This document shows, piece after piece, positions 1 through 10,297 of a DNA stretch of 64,000 bases. This DNA is from Candidatus Anammoxibacter sp. (GTDB lineage Bacteria > Planctomycetota > Brocadiia > Brocadiales > Anammoxibacteraceae). The first letter of the stretch is position 1. The number at the start of each line of letters is the position of its first letter. The notes beneath the pieces are model-generated. The model was not told the origin of the DNA and did no database searches. It saw nothing but the letters and a program-made list of their open reading frames with translations. Position numbers and translations under genes: made by a program. The stretch covers positions 135,932 to 199,931 of the forward strand of contig JAIQZO010000067.1 of NCBI GenBank assembly GCA_021777055.1, given 5' to 3'.

Positions 1-411
1 GTTTTCAGATATAAAAGTAAAAGCTTTTTTTAACGCATGACTAGTCTGTTTTAAAGTCTGGATATCTTTCATCTCCAGGCTAATTGATTTGTCATCAACG
101 TTTATAGTAGTGATATCCGATTTTTCGTCAAAATTGACAAGTAGTTCCGGAATAGCCTTTTCAAGTCTTTTTAAGGCATTCGTCACCATCTCTTTTGGGT
201 TGATTTTGTCAGGGTAAACATAAAGTTTTTCAACATAAGAGCATACTATATCAGTTAATCGAAAAGAGGAGCTATCCTTATCCCCGGAATAGAGCCTTGT
301 GAATATATTACAGTTGCCTTTTTGATTTGTAGTTACTATAACAATTAAAGTAAGTGTTAATAATAGAGACGTAAAACGTAAGAAATAATGCATGTATGTT
401 TTTTTTGTCAT
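1..411 (-). CDS. 5' part of a secreted/membrane protein, probably S41 (C-terminal processing) peptidase family; runs off the window start
   Basis: Not in the ORF track. Manual translation from ATG at 411 is open to position 1: MTKKTYMHYFLRFTSLLLTLTLIVIV...YVENFYVYPDKINPKEMVTNALKRLEKAIPELLV. It has a hydrophobic N-terminus and a YVxPxxI..EM..AL pattern like S41 peptidase N-domains. Confidence 0.55.
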   Translation of the reverse strand, partial: MTKKTYMHYFLRFTSLLLTLTLIVIVTTNQKGNCNIFTRLYSGDKDSSSFRLTDIVCSYVEKLYVYPDKINPKEMVTNALKRLEKAIPELLVNFDEKSDITTINVDDKSISLEMKDIQTLKQTSHALKKAFTFISEN

Positions 412-791
412 AATAATTTGCCTTTTAATCTTGCACGTACTACAATTAGATATATATATAGAATGAGGGATAAGATGTGTAAAAAAAAGAATGGAAATAT
501 TTGTTTCTTTGTAATATTATGTTAAATAATATTTAATTACATTTGTTTGTTTTATTCTAAATAAAGCGAACAGTTTATGTATAATATCTATAATTTGTTT
601 AAATTTCAAGATTGTTTCTCCGCGTATTTTTAATTAGAGAATTCAAAGTCTTGGTAATGTTTGGGTGGAACTGATTTATTTTAGAAATAAATACTAAATG
701 TTCTGCTAGAAAATTAAACGCTAGTAAATTTAAAATAAAATATTAACATTATAACCCATATAGCTTTAATAATTATGTTTTTAAAAAATAT

Positions 792-820
792 TTGACATGT
801 TTGATTTAATGTAGTATATT
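792..820 (+). promoter_or_regulatory. sigma70-type promoter for the 1038 gene
   Basis: TTGACA-17 nt-TATATT. Confidence 0.6.
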
Positions 821-1037
821 CGAATGGCTTTAAGACATGTTTTTTATGCGTTATGTTTATATCGGAGTTTTTATTATTTTGTTTATAAACTTGGTGCAGT
901 TTTAAAGCTTTAGGAAAGGAGGTGCTTGGCAAGCAATTAGTTTTTATAAGCAAGTAAAGTTTTTGTTTTTTAGTTTTAGCTTTATTTTGTTTTTTAATAT
1001 ATTTAGTATTTTTTTTTTATGGAGGAATTAAAGAGAC

Positions 1038-1748
1038 ATGGCTCAATCAGCAAACGCATTCTTTGATCAGTTGGAAAAGGATTGTTTAAATCATCCTGCT
1101 TTAACACATTCATACTTGGATAAGTTAAATAAAGGTAAAGCCGATCGTGGCGCAATTAAAATTTTGGCAGAGCAGTACTATCTGTTTTCAAAACATTTTT
1201 CAAGATATTTAGCAGCTGCAGTTGCTTCATGCCCTAATGAAGCCGCAAGAGCTCCTTTAATTAAGAATTTGTTTGAAGAGTATGGTGGCAGATCTGAAGA
1301 AAATAAAGGGATGGATGCTGAATTAACACACCCAGCTATTTTCCGTATGTTTTTAAAAGCTTCTGGTGTTGATACATCACCTGCTGGTTTAGATGCAATT
1401 AAGGCTCTTCCAGAAACTAAACTTTTTGTGGAGAAATATCTAAACCTGGGACAGTTACATTATGTTGCAGCGCTTGGAGCTCTAGGGCCTGGAACTGAGT
1501 ATATTGTTCCTTCAATGTATACTCCTATTCGTGAAGGCTGCAGAAAAGCTGGTTTTTCAGAAGACGATGTTTTGTTTTTCTCTGCACACATTGAACTTGA
1601 TGTTGAGCATGGTGCAAACATAAGAACTTCTTTAATGCCATTTGCTGCTTCAGAAGAAAATCAAGCTCTTATGAGAGAAGGTGCTTTGGACGTTCTTGAT
1701 GCAAGGGTTGTTTTATGGAATGGTCTTGAAAGAGCAAGCGGTTTATAA
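1038..1748 (+). CDS. haem-oxygenase-like diiron protein (CADD/PqqC/TenA superfamily, iron-containing redox enzyme)
   Basis: NLFEEYG...HPAIF, GTE and FSAHIELDVEH give an E/H/E/H-D-H ligand set like CADD; strong GGAGG RBS. Confidence 0.8.
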   Translation: MAQSANAFFDQLEKDCLNHPALTHSYLDKLNKGKADRGAIKILAEQYYLFSKHFSRYLAAAVASCPNEAARAPLIKNLFEEYGGRSEENKGMDAELTHPAIFRMFLKASGVDTSPAGLDAIKALPETKLFVEKYLNLGQLHYVAALGALGPGTEYIVPSMYTPIREGCRKAGFSEDDVLFFSAHIELDVEHGANIRTSLMPFAASEENQALMREGALDVLDARVVLWNGLERASGL

Positions 1749-1769
1749 TTAACGTTTGATTTTTATGTG

Positions 1770-1823
1770 AAATGGAGTATTGTCTCTGGGGGGAAGATCC
1801 ACCAGGGCAATGCTCCATTTTTT
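1770..1823 (+). terminator. intrinsic terminator
   Basis: AAATGGAGTATTGTCTCTGG...CCAGGGCAATGCTCCATTT stem followed by a T run. Confidence 0.7.
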
Positions 1824-1867
1824 AATATGTAATATGTATTGTTAAGTAAACTAAGGAGATTTTAACA

Positions 1868-3448
1868 ATGGGAAGTTTGTTAATTCCAAATAAAACAGCC
1901 GTAAACAAAACAAAAACTAGAACTGGCGAATCTGTTGTGCCTTCAAGTGGAATGTGTGTTACCTGTCTTGACGGGTGCCCAGGGTTTTGTGAGATAGGAA
2001 AGTCAGCTTATAGGGGCCCAGAAGTTATTTATCCTGAGCCATTTGGTAAGGTTACTTCAGGTGGTGAAAAAGAATATCCAGTTGATTTTACGCATTTTAA
2101 TATCACCGGATCAATTACTGGTCACCACCAGGTAGAATATGATTTATTTACTAACGTAAACTTAGAAACAAGCATGGGTCGTGATGGTGGTCTTAAGTTG
2201 AAACTTCCTATTATTTGTACAGGTTTAGGTTCAACTAAGATTGCTGCAAATCATTTTGGTGCATTAGGTTCTGGTGCTGCTATTTCTGGTACTGGTGTTG
2301 TTATTGGTGAAAACGTTGCTGGTATGGATGATGAATCTACTATCACTAATGGGAAAATTACCGATAGCCCTGACCTTGTTAGAAGATTTAAATCATTTAA
2401 AGATAACCAGAAAGACGGTTATGGTTTCATCGCTATTCAGGCTAACCAGGAAGACTGGCGTCTGGGTGTATTGGAATATAGCATGGAAAAACTGGGTGCC
2501 GATGCTGTTGAGTTGAAATGGGGGCAAGGTGCAAAAAATATTGGTGGTGAAGTTAAACTGACAAGCCTTGAAAAAGCTCAGAAAATGAAGGGCCGTGGCT
2601 ATGTAGTTATTCCTGATCCAGATGATCCAATCGCACAGGAAGCATTCAAGAATGGTACTATTGAAGGTTTTGAAAGACACACTAGAATTGGTGCTATTTC
2701 AGACTACTTACCAAGAGCAGTTGATGGTTTCATAAATGATGTTGAGCATTTAAGAGGTGCAGGTGCAAAATATGTCTTCTTAAAGACTGGTTCTTATCGT
2801 CCGTCAGACTTGGCAAGGGCAATTAAATTTGCATCATTGTCAAGAATAGACGTGCTTACAATAGACGGTTCTGGTGGTGGTACTGGTATGAGTCCTTGGC
2901 GTATGATGTGTGAGTGGGGTATTCCTACTGTATACATAGCTGCTATGACTTACAATATGTGCAAACGTCTTGCTGATAGAGGCGAATATGTACCTGATAT
3001 TATATTAGCTGGTGGTTTGGCTTTTGAGGATCATATTTACAAAGCATTTGCTTTATTATCACCATTCATTAAAGCTGTTGGTATGTCTCGTTCTACTATT
3101 TGTGCTGCTATGGTTGGTAACACAATTGGAAAATCTATCGAAGAAGGTAAGACAGTTAAGCCAGCGGGTGAATTTGGTAATAATGTTGATGAGATATTCT
3201 ACTACTCAAATAAGGTAAAGAGTGAATTTGGAAATGCTATTCCAAATGGTGCTCTTGGTATTTACTCATACTACCAGAGAATGGGTACTGGATTGAGACA
3301 GATCATGGCTGGTTCTAGAAGACAGAACCTTGCTGATCTTACAAGGGATGACATCTTTAGTTTAACTAGAGAGTGTGAAGATGTAACAGGTATTTCATAC
3401 ATAATGGATTATGATAGAGAGAAAGCTGAAAGAATTTTAGATGCATAA
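1868..3448 (+). CDS. stand-alone FMN-binding glutamate synthase family protein with N-terminal Cys cluster
   Basis: CVTCLDGCPGFC, ELKWGQGAK, IDGSGGGTGMSP, ILAGG motifs; AAGGAG RBS. Confidence 0.85.
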   Translation: MGSLLIPNKTAVNKTKTRTGESVVPSSGMCVTCLDGCPGFCEIGKSAYRGPEVIYPEPFGKVTSGGEKEYPVDFTHFNITGSITGHHQVEYDLFTNVNLETSMGRDGGLKLKLPIICTGLGSTKIAANHFGALGSGAAISGTGVVIGENVAGMDDESTITNGKITDSPDLVRRFKSFKDNQKDGYGFIAIQANQEDWRLGVLEYSMEKLGADAVELKWGQGAKNIGGEVKLTSLEKAQKMKGRGYVVIPDPDDPIAQEAFKNGTIEGFERHTRIGAISDYLPRAVDGFINDVEHLRGAGAKYVFLKTGSYRPSDLARAIKFASLSRIDVLTIDGSGGGTGMSPWRMMCEWGIPTVYIAAMTYNMCKRLADRGEYVPDIILAGGLAFEDHIYKAFALLSPFIKAVGMSRSTICAAMVGNTIGKSIEEGKTVKPAGEFGNNVDEIFYYSNKVKSEFGNAIPNGALGIYSYYQRMGTGLRQIMAGSRRQNLADLTRDDIFSLTRECEDVTGISYIMDYDREKAERILDA

Positions 3449-3485
3449 ACTTTAGAAAATTAAAGTTTAGTTTGTTATGTTATAT

Positions 3486-3535
3486 AAGCGCAATATTGGT
3501 TAAGGAGACTTATACTAATATTGCGCTTTTTTTTT
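3486..3535 (+). terminator. intrinsic terminator
   Basis: AAGCGCAATATTGGT...ACTAATATTGCGCTT plus poly-T. Confidence 0.8.
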
Positions 3536-3682
3536 GTTTTAAAAAACAAAAATGTTTTAAAATGTTGTTGACTTTGACTTTAAGTCATGTTAATATGATT
3601 TTTCATTTCAAAACCTTTCTGCCTAAATGACTTTTTATTATCAACTTAAATTTGATTAACCATAAAAAAAAGAGAAAAATTA

Positions 3683-3979
3683 ATGCAGACAACAACAAAG
3701 AGAGACCTGTGTGAGAAAATAGCCCGGCGGACCGATAATACGCATATTATCGTTAAAGAGATAATACAAATGTTTCTAGATGAAATCATAGGTGAGCTTA
3801 CAGATGGGAAAAGAATTGAGCTTAGGGATTTTGGTGTATTTGAGATAAGAAAAAGGGCTGCACGAAAAGCAAGAAATCCACGAACCGGTGAAGTTGCACA
3901 TGTACCGGAAAAGAGCGTTGTGGTATTTAAAGTTGGTAAACTAATGAAAGAGAAGGTTTGCAATTCTACATCGGTCTAG
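3683..3979 (+). CDS. HU/IHF family DNA-binding protein
   Basis: IELRDFGVFEIRKRAARKARNPRTGE signature. Confidence 0.93.
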   Translation: MQTTTKRDLCEKIARRTDNTHIIVKEIIQMFLDEIIGELTDGKRIELRDFGVFEIRKRAARKARNPRTGEVAHVPEKSVVVFKVGKLMKEKVCNSTSV

Positions 3980-4115
3980 GGTTGTATAGAATTATTCTTT
4001 TATATTTAAATGTTTCCTTCAGCTTTTCTCTTATATAGATTCAGATATGCCTTTACGTTTATAGAACAAGGTGTGAATAAAGTAATAATTATCTCATCAG
4101 TTTTAGATTTTCAAT

Positions 4116-4195
4116 TAAAGTCCAGTTAAGGGCGGCAGAAATATAATCTCTTTGTCTAATCCTTGAGTTAATCTGCTGTGCTTAACTGGACTTTA
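4116..4195. repeat. 80-bp palindromic MITE-like element
   Basis: TAAAGTCCAGTTAAGGGCGGCAGA / TCTGCTGTGCTTAACTGGACTTTA inverted repeat between convergent genes. Confidence 0.65.
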
Positions 4196-4211
4196 TTAGT
4201 TAACGTTAATA

Positions 4212-5705
4212 TTAATCAAAAAAACGGTTTATTTCTACTGCTTTTTCCATATCCCTCTCATATAATTGACGCTCGGTTAAGTCCTTATTTAAAAGGCTGT
4301 TCTTTATTCTGTAATACGGCCTCAGAAAATATTTTCTAGCATAATATGCCATTGGATAGTTCTTTATAAATGAGGGGGTTGTGCATATATAACTAGCGTA
4401 CTTTTTATTATACTTCCAACGTAGGAACTGTAGCTCATCTGGGGAGAGGTTGTTAGTTTTTATGTTGGCCCAGAAACAGTTATATTTGCTAAAATCATCA
4501 AGGTTTGTCACTAATCCCATTTTCACCATTTCTTCACGCATACCTGTTTTAGGGTATGGGGTAAGTATTTGGTCTGCAAAGAAGTCAATATTCTGTTGGA
4601 CGAAAAAGTCATAGTTTTCGGCAATACTTTCCTCCTTATCATCAGGATGTCCGATTATCATTCCTCCAACAATCATAATATTGTATTCCTGCAGTTTCCT
4701 AATGGCAGATTTTGTTTTTTCTAGAATATCCCCTTTTTGCATCCTTTTTAAATTCTCTTTAGATACATTTTCAATACCAAGAAATACGATTCTAACTCCA
4801 GCTTTTGCCATCTTTTCTACCACTGTATTAGATGATGCTATGCCTGCTGAGCTTGCCTGAATAATGTAACGTATGTCATTGTGCCCTGCTGCACAGATTG
4901 CGTCACAAAGCGCTTCAAATCGTTTTAAATCTAATGTGAAATTGTCGTCTGATATTATTATAAAGTTTGCACCCTGTTTCTTTGCGTTTCCTATATCTTC
5001 TACTACACGTTCTATACGGTACTTCCTAAAAGTTTTACCATACATTTTTCTTATACTGCAAAAGTTGCAAGGCATGACGCATCCTCTGGACGTTTCAATT
5101 AGGTCTAATGTAAACCCATAGTATTTGTATCCTTTCCAGATTCTCTTTGATCTTGCAGGAAGTGCTATTGTATCAAGATCCTCTATAGGTCTGTCAGCGT
5201 TATGTATAAACGTGCCATTATGCTTAAATGAAAGCCCCTTGACGCTCTCTTTGTCCCTTTTATTTTCAATTGCTTCCAATAATTCATTAAAACTTAAGTC
5301 ACCTTCTCCTCTTATCAAGAAATCAAAAGGAAAATTTAGAGTAAGATTGTTACTGTTGACCTCTTTGGCTTTCTCTCCAAGCTCTTGGTACATAACTGTT
5401 GCGTGGTAACCTCCTAGAACAGTCTTTATGGATGAGTTTTCCTTTTTAATAATTTCTGCTACCTTTTTTGCTGTGGCATACTGAAAACTCATAGCACCTA
5501 AACCTATGACGTCAGGTTTATATTGTTCTAGTAATTCTGTTATCGTACTTCTTAAAGTGTCCCTGCGTAATATGAGATCAGCAATGTAAACATTATGGTC
5601 TTTAATGTTACCTGCGATAGAAGACATTGCAAGGCTTGGCGGTTTCCATCTCTTAGGACTAAAGTGCGGTGCGCAATCTGGCATTGATAATAATAGGATG
5701 TTCAT
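4212..5705 (-). CDS. B12-binding radical SAM protein (paralog 2)
   Basis: N-terminal B12-binding domain (GGYHAT, RGEGD) and SRGCVMPCNFC CxxxCxxC; start moved to ATG 5705 (MNILLLSMPD) by alignment with its paralog. Confidence 0.9.
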   Translation of the reverse strand: MNILLLSMPDCAPHFSPKRWKPPSLAMSSIAGNIKDHNVYIADLILRRDTLRSTITELLEQYKPDVIGLGAMSFQYATAKKVAEIIKKENSSIKTVLGGYHATVMYQELGEKAKEVNSNNLTLNFPFDFLIRGEGDLSFNELLEAIENKRDKESVKGLSFKHNGTFIHNADRPIEDLDTIALPARSKRIWKGYKYYGFTLDLIETSRGCVMPCNFCSIRKMYGKTFRKYRIERVVEDIGNAKKQGANFIIISDDNFTLDLKRFEALCDAICAAGHNDIRYIIQASSAGIASSNTVVEKMAKAGVRIVFLGIENVSKENLKRMQKGDILEKTKSAIRKLQEYNIMIVGGMIIGHPDDKEESIAENYDFFVQQNIDFFADQILTPYPKTGMREEMVKMGLVTNLDDFSKYNCFWANIKTNNLSPDELQFLRWKYNKKYASYICTTPSFIKNYPMAYYARKYFLRPYYRIKNSLLNKDLTERQLYERDMEKAVEINRFFD

Positions 5706-5871
5706 TAATTGTATTTTTGTATTAAAACTTGCAAAATCTTTCAATCTGTTTCGCAAACTTCTTATTAAAAAAATTAGTATGCATTAGACCTGAAATATAC
5801 TTCTTGATTACTTTGGGTATTACTCAGTTTAGAAATGTTTAAATATTGATTCTTTCATTCGCAAAAAATAT

Positions 5872-7338
5872 TTAAAATGTAAAATCATTCATCTCTTTGT
5901 ATTTTCGCATCTGAATCTCAAACACTTCACGTTCTGATTTACTTAGGGATACAATAAAATCCTTTAATCTGAAGTACGGTCTAAGTAGTAAAATCCGTAT
6001 AAGATTTATTAATGGAAAGTTTGATTCAAACGCTTGTGTTGTCTTGAAAAATGTGGAATACTTTTTTTTGTATTTCCAGCGAAGGAATTGAAGTTCGTCA
6101 GAAGAGAGGTATTTCGTCTTTACATTTGCCCAGTAACCGTTATATCTTGATATATCATTTAAGTTTGTTACGAGTCCTTCTTTTATCATCTCTTCCCTCA
6201 TGATAGTTTTAGGGTATGGGGTAATGATCTGTTCTCCATAAAAATCAATATCAAGTTTATCAAAGAATTCATAGTTTTCCTCTATCTCTTTTACGTTATC
6301 TTCTGCATGTCCTAAAATCATTCCACCGACGATTAAGATGTCGTTCTTATGTAAAAGTTCTACAGCTTTTTTTGTCTTTTCAACAATGTCTCCTTTGCTC
6401 ATCAGTTCTAAGTTCTTTTTAGAAACATTTTCAATTCCCAGAAATACAATTTTAAAACCTGCTTCGCTCATTTTCTTTACAAGGCTTGGTGACGATGATA
6501 TTCCGGTACTGCTAGCTTGTACTATGTAGTTTATTTCATTGTGACCAGCATCAATTATTGCCTGTGCCAGCTCCTCAAAACGTTTAATGTCTAGTGTTAT
6601 ATTGTCGTCAGCAAATGCAATATAACCTGCTCCCTGCTCCCTTGCATTTGAAATGTCTTTAATAATTCTTTCAATTTTATATTTTCTAAAAGAACGGCCA
6701 TACATCCTGTTTATACTGCAAAATTTGCATGTCATGGTGCATCCTCTAGAAGATTCCACCATGTCAAGTTTCTTTCCATTAAATGTGTAGTTTTGCCAGA
6801 TGCGAACTTTTCTATTAGGAAGCTTAATGTTTTCTAGATCTTCTAACGGTCTTTCTTCATTATGTTGAAATAGTCCGTTGACCTTATAAGAGAGCCCTTT
6901 AATTCCAGTGACTTCACCTTTTTTGTCTAAAGTATCAACCAGCTCCTTAAATGTCATCTCGCCTTCACCTCTAATTACAAAGTCTAAATGTTCTCCGTCT
7001 TTGCCATCACAAATCTCTTCATACATTAGGGTTGAATGGTATCCGCCAAAGGCTATCTTAATATCAGGCTTAAGATATTTCACAAACTTTGCAATTTTCT
7101 TTGCAGTCTTAAACTGAAAACTCATTGAGCTTAATCCCACAAGCTCAGGGTTGTAATCTCTGATAACATCTTCTAATGATTGTTTTAATGTTGATCTTTT
7201 TAAGATCAGATCAGCAATGTGCACGTCATGACCTTCAAGGTTTCCTGCAATATTTGACATGGCTAAGCTCGGGGCACGCCATGTCTTTTCTGTAAATTGC
7301 GGAACTGTATCAGGCATTGAAATCAATACAATTCTCAA
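5872..7338 (-). CDS. B12-binding radical SAM protein (paralog 1)
   Basis: GGYHST, RGEGE, SRGCTMTCKFC; TTG start with AAGGAG RBS. Confidence 0.9.
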   Translation of the reverse strand: MRIVLISMPDTVPQFTEKTWRAPSLAMSNIAGNLEGHDVHIADLILKRSTLKQSLEDVIRDYNPELVGLSSMSFQFKTAKKIAKFVKYLKPDIKIAFGGYHSTLMYEEICDGKDGEHLDFVIRGEGEMTFKELVDTLDKKGEVTGIKGLSYKVNGLFQHNEERPLEDLENIKLPNRKVRIWQNYTFNGKKLDMVESSRGCTMTCKFCSINRMYGRSFRKYKIERIIKDISNAREQGAGYIAFADDNITLDIKRFEELAQAIIDAGHNEINYIVQASSTGISSSPSLVKKMSEAGFKIVFLGIENVSKKNLELMSKGDIVEKTKKAVELLHKNDILIVGGMILGHAEDNVKEIEENYEFFDKLDIDFYGEQIITPYPKTIMREEMIKEGLVTNLNDISRYNGYWANVKTKYLSSDELQFLRWKYKKKYSTFFKTTQAFESNFPLINLIRILLLRPYFRLKDFIVSLSKSEREVFEIQMRKYKEMNDFTF

Positions 7339-7494
7339 CGAATGCTCCTTTTGTTATAAATCTTTCAAGACAATATGTTCTCTGTATTGTTAAGTACATA
7401 GCATAAGGCCAAAGATAATATGCGTAGTAACTTAATTAATATGACTTTCTTATCAATTTAGAGATCCGTTTGCAATATTCCGACCATTTGCTCT

Positions 7495-8226
7495 CTGGTT
7501 TTGGTAGATCTCTTTAATTCTATTTTTTAGACGTTCCTTAAATATTTGTTTGTAAAATGTAAGAGAGCTTTCCCTTGCGTTTTTCGAATCAAAATTTGTT
7601 ACAACTTTTTCGAACTCTTTTACGGTTTTTTTTGTTGGTTCTACTTTTTGATTGTAAAAGATTTGCAGTCAACTGAGGGGTAGATTACCTTTGCCATTAG
7701 TCTATAATATTTTTGTATTTGGCTTAAAATGAAGTTGGAGACGGCAATAAAATACTCTACCCGCATACTGGATGTGACGTCCCACGTACGAAAATAGTTT
7801 TCAAGAAAAGCACGGTTTTTTTCTGAAATAAAACCTTGTTTGTTTTCATTAAAGTATGCGAAATACATGTCCCATATCCAGCGCATTGAACTAAAATAAT
7901 AGCAAATATGTGTAGATGATAGGCTGGTAATAACACCTTTAGCAATACAGTGGTTTAAGCTTACAATGAGGTTGTATCCGTTTAAATTAAAAGATTCGCT
8001 AGCCGAAGGGGAAAACGGTAAGTAGTGACGTTACCCGAGTAAAAAATGAAGATTCTGTATAAAATGATGTCTTTATTTCCATTTCCTTTTTTGACAGACA
8101 AACTGAACCTATATTGTGTAGCAATGTATATATATATCTGCTACGGGTATATTCCGCAAAGGGCTTCCATACAATTTCACTGCTGCGCATACTTGTTAAC
8201 CACTCTTGAATTAAAGTCACTCTCAA
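7495..8226 (-). pseudogene. degraded GT4 glycosyltransferase
   Basis: Fragments in several frames: MRVTLIQEWLTSMRS (cf. MKVALVHDWLTGMRGGE), HCIAKGVI, SMRWIWDMY, FIAVSNF..YY...VIYPSVD; C-terminal domain largely missing; 3' end approximate. Confidence 0.75.
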
Positions 8227-8411
8227 GCTTTTTCTCTCTTGTATGGTAATTCTGAAATATCTCTTATCATTTCCAGTTTTAGACCATTTGCATTTCTACC
8301 TTATAATTAATAAGTATTCAAGGTTAACATATAATTACACTTTTCTCCCTTTTTGTCAATAGATGAATTGTAGATTGTGTAGTGTGGAATTAACCTTTTC
8401 TAATTCAGCTT

Positions 8412-8993
8412 TTACTTCACCTTATCCCTGGGGATAAGGTGAAGCCATCTGGTAAACTCTTTGGCAACTTGTTCAGATTCGATCAATACAGACGCTTCAT
8501 TGTTCTTGTTTAAAGCACTATAGGTCCAATTTGTACTCCCGACTATTGTTATATAGTTATCAACAACAATAATTTTGTTATGAGTTATCTGCTTTTTATC
8601 ATCATAATATACAGGGACGTTGGCTTTTAGTAATAGGCGGTACGCTTCACTGCTTTTTCTTTCAATATGGCCTTTGTATTTCCCCTTTGCCCAGAAGTTT
8701 ATATTCTGGTCCAGTATTACCTTGACATCAACGCCTCTCTTATGTGCATTTATCAGATCACGGACTAATGTTTTAGTATACCCTGATTCACGGTTTTTCG
8801 GCAGCTTTGCCAGGTACATTACGCAGAATATGGACCTTTGTGCATTTCTTAGGACTTTATGTACCTTTGAGAAATATTGATCATTAATTAATGGGACTAC
8901 GTTGTCTGCAGGAAGTGCGTAACATTGATGTAAATAATAAAATGGCAAAGAACAAATAAATAAAATGCTAATAATGAGAGCTTTTTTTGTCAT
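8412..8993 (-). CDS. phospholipase D-like protein (single HKD), exported
   Basis: HNKIIVVD...GSTNWT...NNE; N-terminal signal peptide. Confidence 0.85.
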   Translation of the reverse strand: MTKKALIISILFICSLPFYYLHQCYALPADNVVPLINDQYFSKVHKVLRNAQRSIFCVMYLAKLPKNRESGYTKTLVRDLINAHKRGVDVKVILDQNINFWAKGKYKGHIERKSSEAYRLLLKANVPVYYDDKKQITHNKIIVVDNYITIVGSTNWTYSALNKNNEASVLIESEQVAKEFTRWLHLIPRDKVK

Positions 8994-8998
8994 TCTAC

Positions 8999-10297
8999 TT
9001 AAGTAAGCGTGCCTACTATATGATTGTTCTCAATACGATTAGCGTAAATAGTAATGATTTTATTCATTTTCTCTCTACCGCCTTTAAAAAACACTTTTAT
9101 GTAGCGTTCAGTATACCCACATAATAAACCAGTTTCCTTGTCAACGCTTGATTCCACCAGTACATCCAGTTTTTTATCTATAAAATTTTGTTTATAACGC
9201 TTTGATAACTCGTCCCCAAGGGAATTCAGTGCAATCTTTCTCCTGGTAATAGTACTCGAATCACAATGATTATCCATCTTTGCTGCTGCGGTTCCTTTAC
9301 GTTTACTGAATGGAAATATGTGAATTTTGCTAAAACCTGCTTTTTGGCAGGTAGAGATTGTGTTCTCAAAGTGTTCATCTTTCTCGCCTGGAAATCCAAC
9401 TATAACATCTGTTGTAAATGACGGTAGTTTTATCTTTCTTCTAATACTATCTAAAAGAGATATATATTGCTCCGATGTATACTTCCGGTTCATTCTCTTC
9501 AATATATAGTTGTCGCCGCTTTGAAGAGGTAGATGGAAATGGGGGCATATTTTCTCTGAATCAGCAATTACGGAAACCAAATCGTCTGTAATTTCATAAG
9601 CTTCAATAGAACTTATCCTTATTCTTTTTAAACCATGAATTGCCTCAAGCCGCTTAAGTACTTCAACAAGTGTGTTAGACTGTCTACCAGAATCAACATC
9701 AGTTCCGTAAGCCCCGAGATGAATACCGGTAAGCACTATTTCCGGATATCCATTTGATGTCAGGCGTTCTGCTTCCCATATGACGTCATCAATTGGCCGG
9801 CTCTTAACACTTCCCCTAACATATGGAACGATACAATAGCTGCACCAATTGTCACACCCGTCTTCAATCTTAAGGAATGCCCTGGTATGCCCCTCAAACC
9901 TGCTAATCTTTAATCCGAAAACGGAACTATGTCTATGATCACCATCTTCCTTTTGGTTGTTTTCTATCAGATCTATAATTTCAGCCTTACTATTGTGACC
10001 AATAATTACGGTCTTCTCTGGGGTAATATTGTTTAATTCCTCTTTATAGGCGTCAGCGTAACAACCGGTTACTGCGATTATTGATTCTGGATTACCCATT
10101 CGCAACCTTCTTATGTACTGTCTTGACTTTTTGTCACTAGTTTCAGTAACCGTGCAAGTGTTAACTACATATAAATCAGCTTTTTCTTCGGCCTTTACCA
10201 CCATATAGCCTTTTTTCTGCACTGCTTCTCTGATGGCCTGTGTTTCGTACTGATTTACCTTGCATCCCAGTGTAATAAATGCGCATTTTTTCATCAT
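8999..10297 (-). CDS. mtaB: tRNA t6A37 methylthiotransferase MtaB
   Basis: TLGCKVNQYE, NTCTVT, KIEDGCDNWCSYC, HIFPFSKRKGT. Confidence 0.92.
   Translation of the reverse strand: MMKKCAFITLGCKVNQYETQAIREAVQKKGYMVVKAEEKADLYVVNTCTVTETSDKKSRQYIRRLRMGNPESIIAVTGCYADAYKEELNNITPEKTVIIGHNSKAEIIDLIENNQKEDGDHRHSSVFGLKISRFEGHTRAFLKIEDGCDNWCSYCIVPYVRGSVKSRPIDDVIWEAERLTSNGYPEIVLTGIHLGAYGTDVDSGRQSNTLVEVLKRLEAIHGLKRIRISSIEAYEITDDLVSVIADSEKICPHFHLPLQSGDNYILKRMNRKYTSEQYISLLDSIRRKIKLPSFTTDVIVGFPGEKDEHFENTISTCQKAGFSKIHIFPFSKRKGTAAAKMDNHCDSSTITRRKIALNSLGDELSKRYKQNFIDKKLDVLVESSVDKETGLLCGYTERYIKVFFKGGREKMNKIITIYANRIENNHIVGTLT

Noticed and set aside
714-953. 79-aa minus-strand ORF
   Set aside because: Lies over the AT-rich promoter of the 1038 gene; no recognisable features.
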